Source: Mobula hypostoma (lineage: Eukaryota). Taken from it: a stretch of 64,000 nucleotides of DNA. The notes beneath the pieces were generated by a model that saw nothing but the letters and a program-made list of their open reading frames with translations, searched no databases and was not told the origin of the DNA. The stretch lies in NCBI RefSeq assembly GCF_963921235.1, contig NC_086108.1:16182001-16246000 (forward strand). The letters are read 5' to 3'. Made by a program: the position numbers and the translations under genes. Of the stretch, positions 62,359 to 64,000 are shown one piece after another (within the stretch, counting starts at the first letter, position 1; each line of letters opens with the position of its first letter).

Positions 62359-63164
62359 CATAAACTACTAGGCAAGGTAGAAAGTACTCAAAAGCGGTAA
62401 GTGTTGAGGGGATCCACAAAGGTTTGATTTAATTACCTTAATTTACATTTATAGAATTATCAATCTAATTCTTGCCCACACTCAGCTGTGGTTATACAGC
62501 ACCTGTGTACTGTAATTTTGTATACTGTATTTTTATGGTTTATGGAAGCAGAGCAGCACTGCAAAAAAATAAATAAATTCCAGTCTAATAATCAGAATAT
62601 TCAACGTACGGTTTAAGAAGATTAAATGGTAATTTTATTAATGTTTAAGATATTTAATGATCTGCTGATTAAACTGAGAAAAATCATTTTTGCTTTTCGG
62701 GGAGAGTTTCTATGACTAGCAGGAAGCATTTTGCGTGCAGAGTTTGAGGTTTCCTTCTGAAATGCTAGTTAACCTCAGATCAATTATTAATTTCATATCT
62801 GATATTAGATTTCAGCTAATCAAAATTATTTAGTGATACACAGTAAAGGGGAGTTTAAGGAATTAGGTCACTGATCAGTCATAACCTTGCTGAATATTAA
62901 AAGCAGCTGAAGGGGTTAAACAGGTATTCCTCTCATCAGATCCTGAATCCTCTAACAATACTGTTGAGTTTTACAAATTAGATTTTAGACAAAGGTATGA
63001 CCTGAAAGAAAATTTGGTTTTAACTTTTATTCCATGCTAAACAATGAAAAGTAAAAGAAATGAGATTAAACAATAAGATTATAATTCTGTCATAGATACT
63101 TCACCTCTATTTTTTACAAAGTTATACCCCCCTCCAAAAATATTGGTTGAAAATTAATACATAC

Positions 63165-64000
63165 AGGTCTAGGACAAAGATCTGGAGATAATATTTCTTC
63201 TTTATCCTCATCACTGTCATCTCTTTCAGTTGAAGTCTGTAACTGGACACCAGCTCCACTTTGTACCTCCATATACTTGGGAGATGACCTGGGTGAGGAT
63301 ACTTCAGCTGATTTGAGACATAACATTTGGTTAGTTAGTTCAATCTTTTCATCTCTAGCCTTTTTGATTTGCTGGAATTCTTTGACTGCATCTTTCAGAT
63401 AGGAAGACAGGATATCAGCAGCCAAAGAGCTAGCTTTTGTCTCTTTGTCCTTCTGTTCTTTTCTGAAGTTTTCATTGTCTTCAAAAATGGCCTTTGACTC
63501 CACCACTTTAAAATCCTCACTGTCAAGCATTTTTTCAGATTCAGAACTGAGGCCTGGTACTCTCAGTTGTGCCTCAAGTTGCTTCTTCTCCTTGTTCAAT
63601 AGATCCAAGAGAGGGGTTGGTGTTTTTTTATGAACAGGAGATGATAATTCTTTTTCACTGGGAGAATGCACAGACAACTCAGTGAGGAAATCAGCATCCT
63701 TCTCCAGTGTAATTTTGGGTGGCTTCTTAATGGATACATCAGCCACACTGTGCGTTTCATCTTGATCTTTAAAATTAGGTGGTTGTTCCTCCTTATGAAA
63801 TTCGGGCACACTCTCTAAATTCTGATCATTTAAAGATTTACTGATATCATGAACCAAATCAATGGCAATAGACTCAGAAAACAGAACGTTTGCAATTGGG
63901 TCATTTAAATTGTTTTCAGACTGAGTCGACTTAAAATCAATTTGATCAGAGGTTTTCTTGAGGTAATATCCACACTCTTCTTGCAGCTTTGATTCATCTT
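63165..64000 (-). CDS. CEP350: CEP350 large internal coding exon (runs off the window edge)
   Basis: Frame is open from 64000 to ...EDKEEILSPDLCPRP, followed by a GTATGT donor. The end resembles CEP350 EDKEEISSPDMCPRP; phase 0 joins the next exon. Confidence 0.9.

Overview
Repeat-rich vertebrate genomic DNA; the repeat types (CR1 LINEs with TTCTATGT-type tails, V-SINE/HE1-like SINEs, Penelope, Rex1) suggest a cartilaginous fish (inference). Two spliced host genes lie on the minus strand: the last five coding exons of CEP350 (64000 to 48573) and, downstream, seven exons of an RGSL1-like gene (17867 to the window edge at 1; first exon not located). The rest is mostly nested transposons: an Academ DNA transposon, many CR1/Rex1/RTE LINE pieces, Penelope-like elements with decayed hammerhead motifs, MITEs, and two related Gypsy LTR elements with tRNA-Pro primer sites. 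One is near-complete (35989-43129). The other (22210-26407) is non-autonomous, and most of its RNaseH/integrase region is replaced by an intronless, internally deleted sarcomeric myosin heavy chain rod sequence (MYH16-like). This apparent host-mRNA capture is the most interesting observation. All homology calls are by eye from remembered protein motifs; no searches were run.
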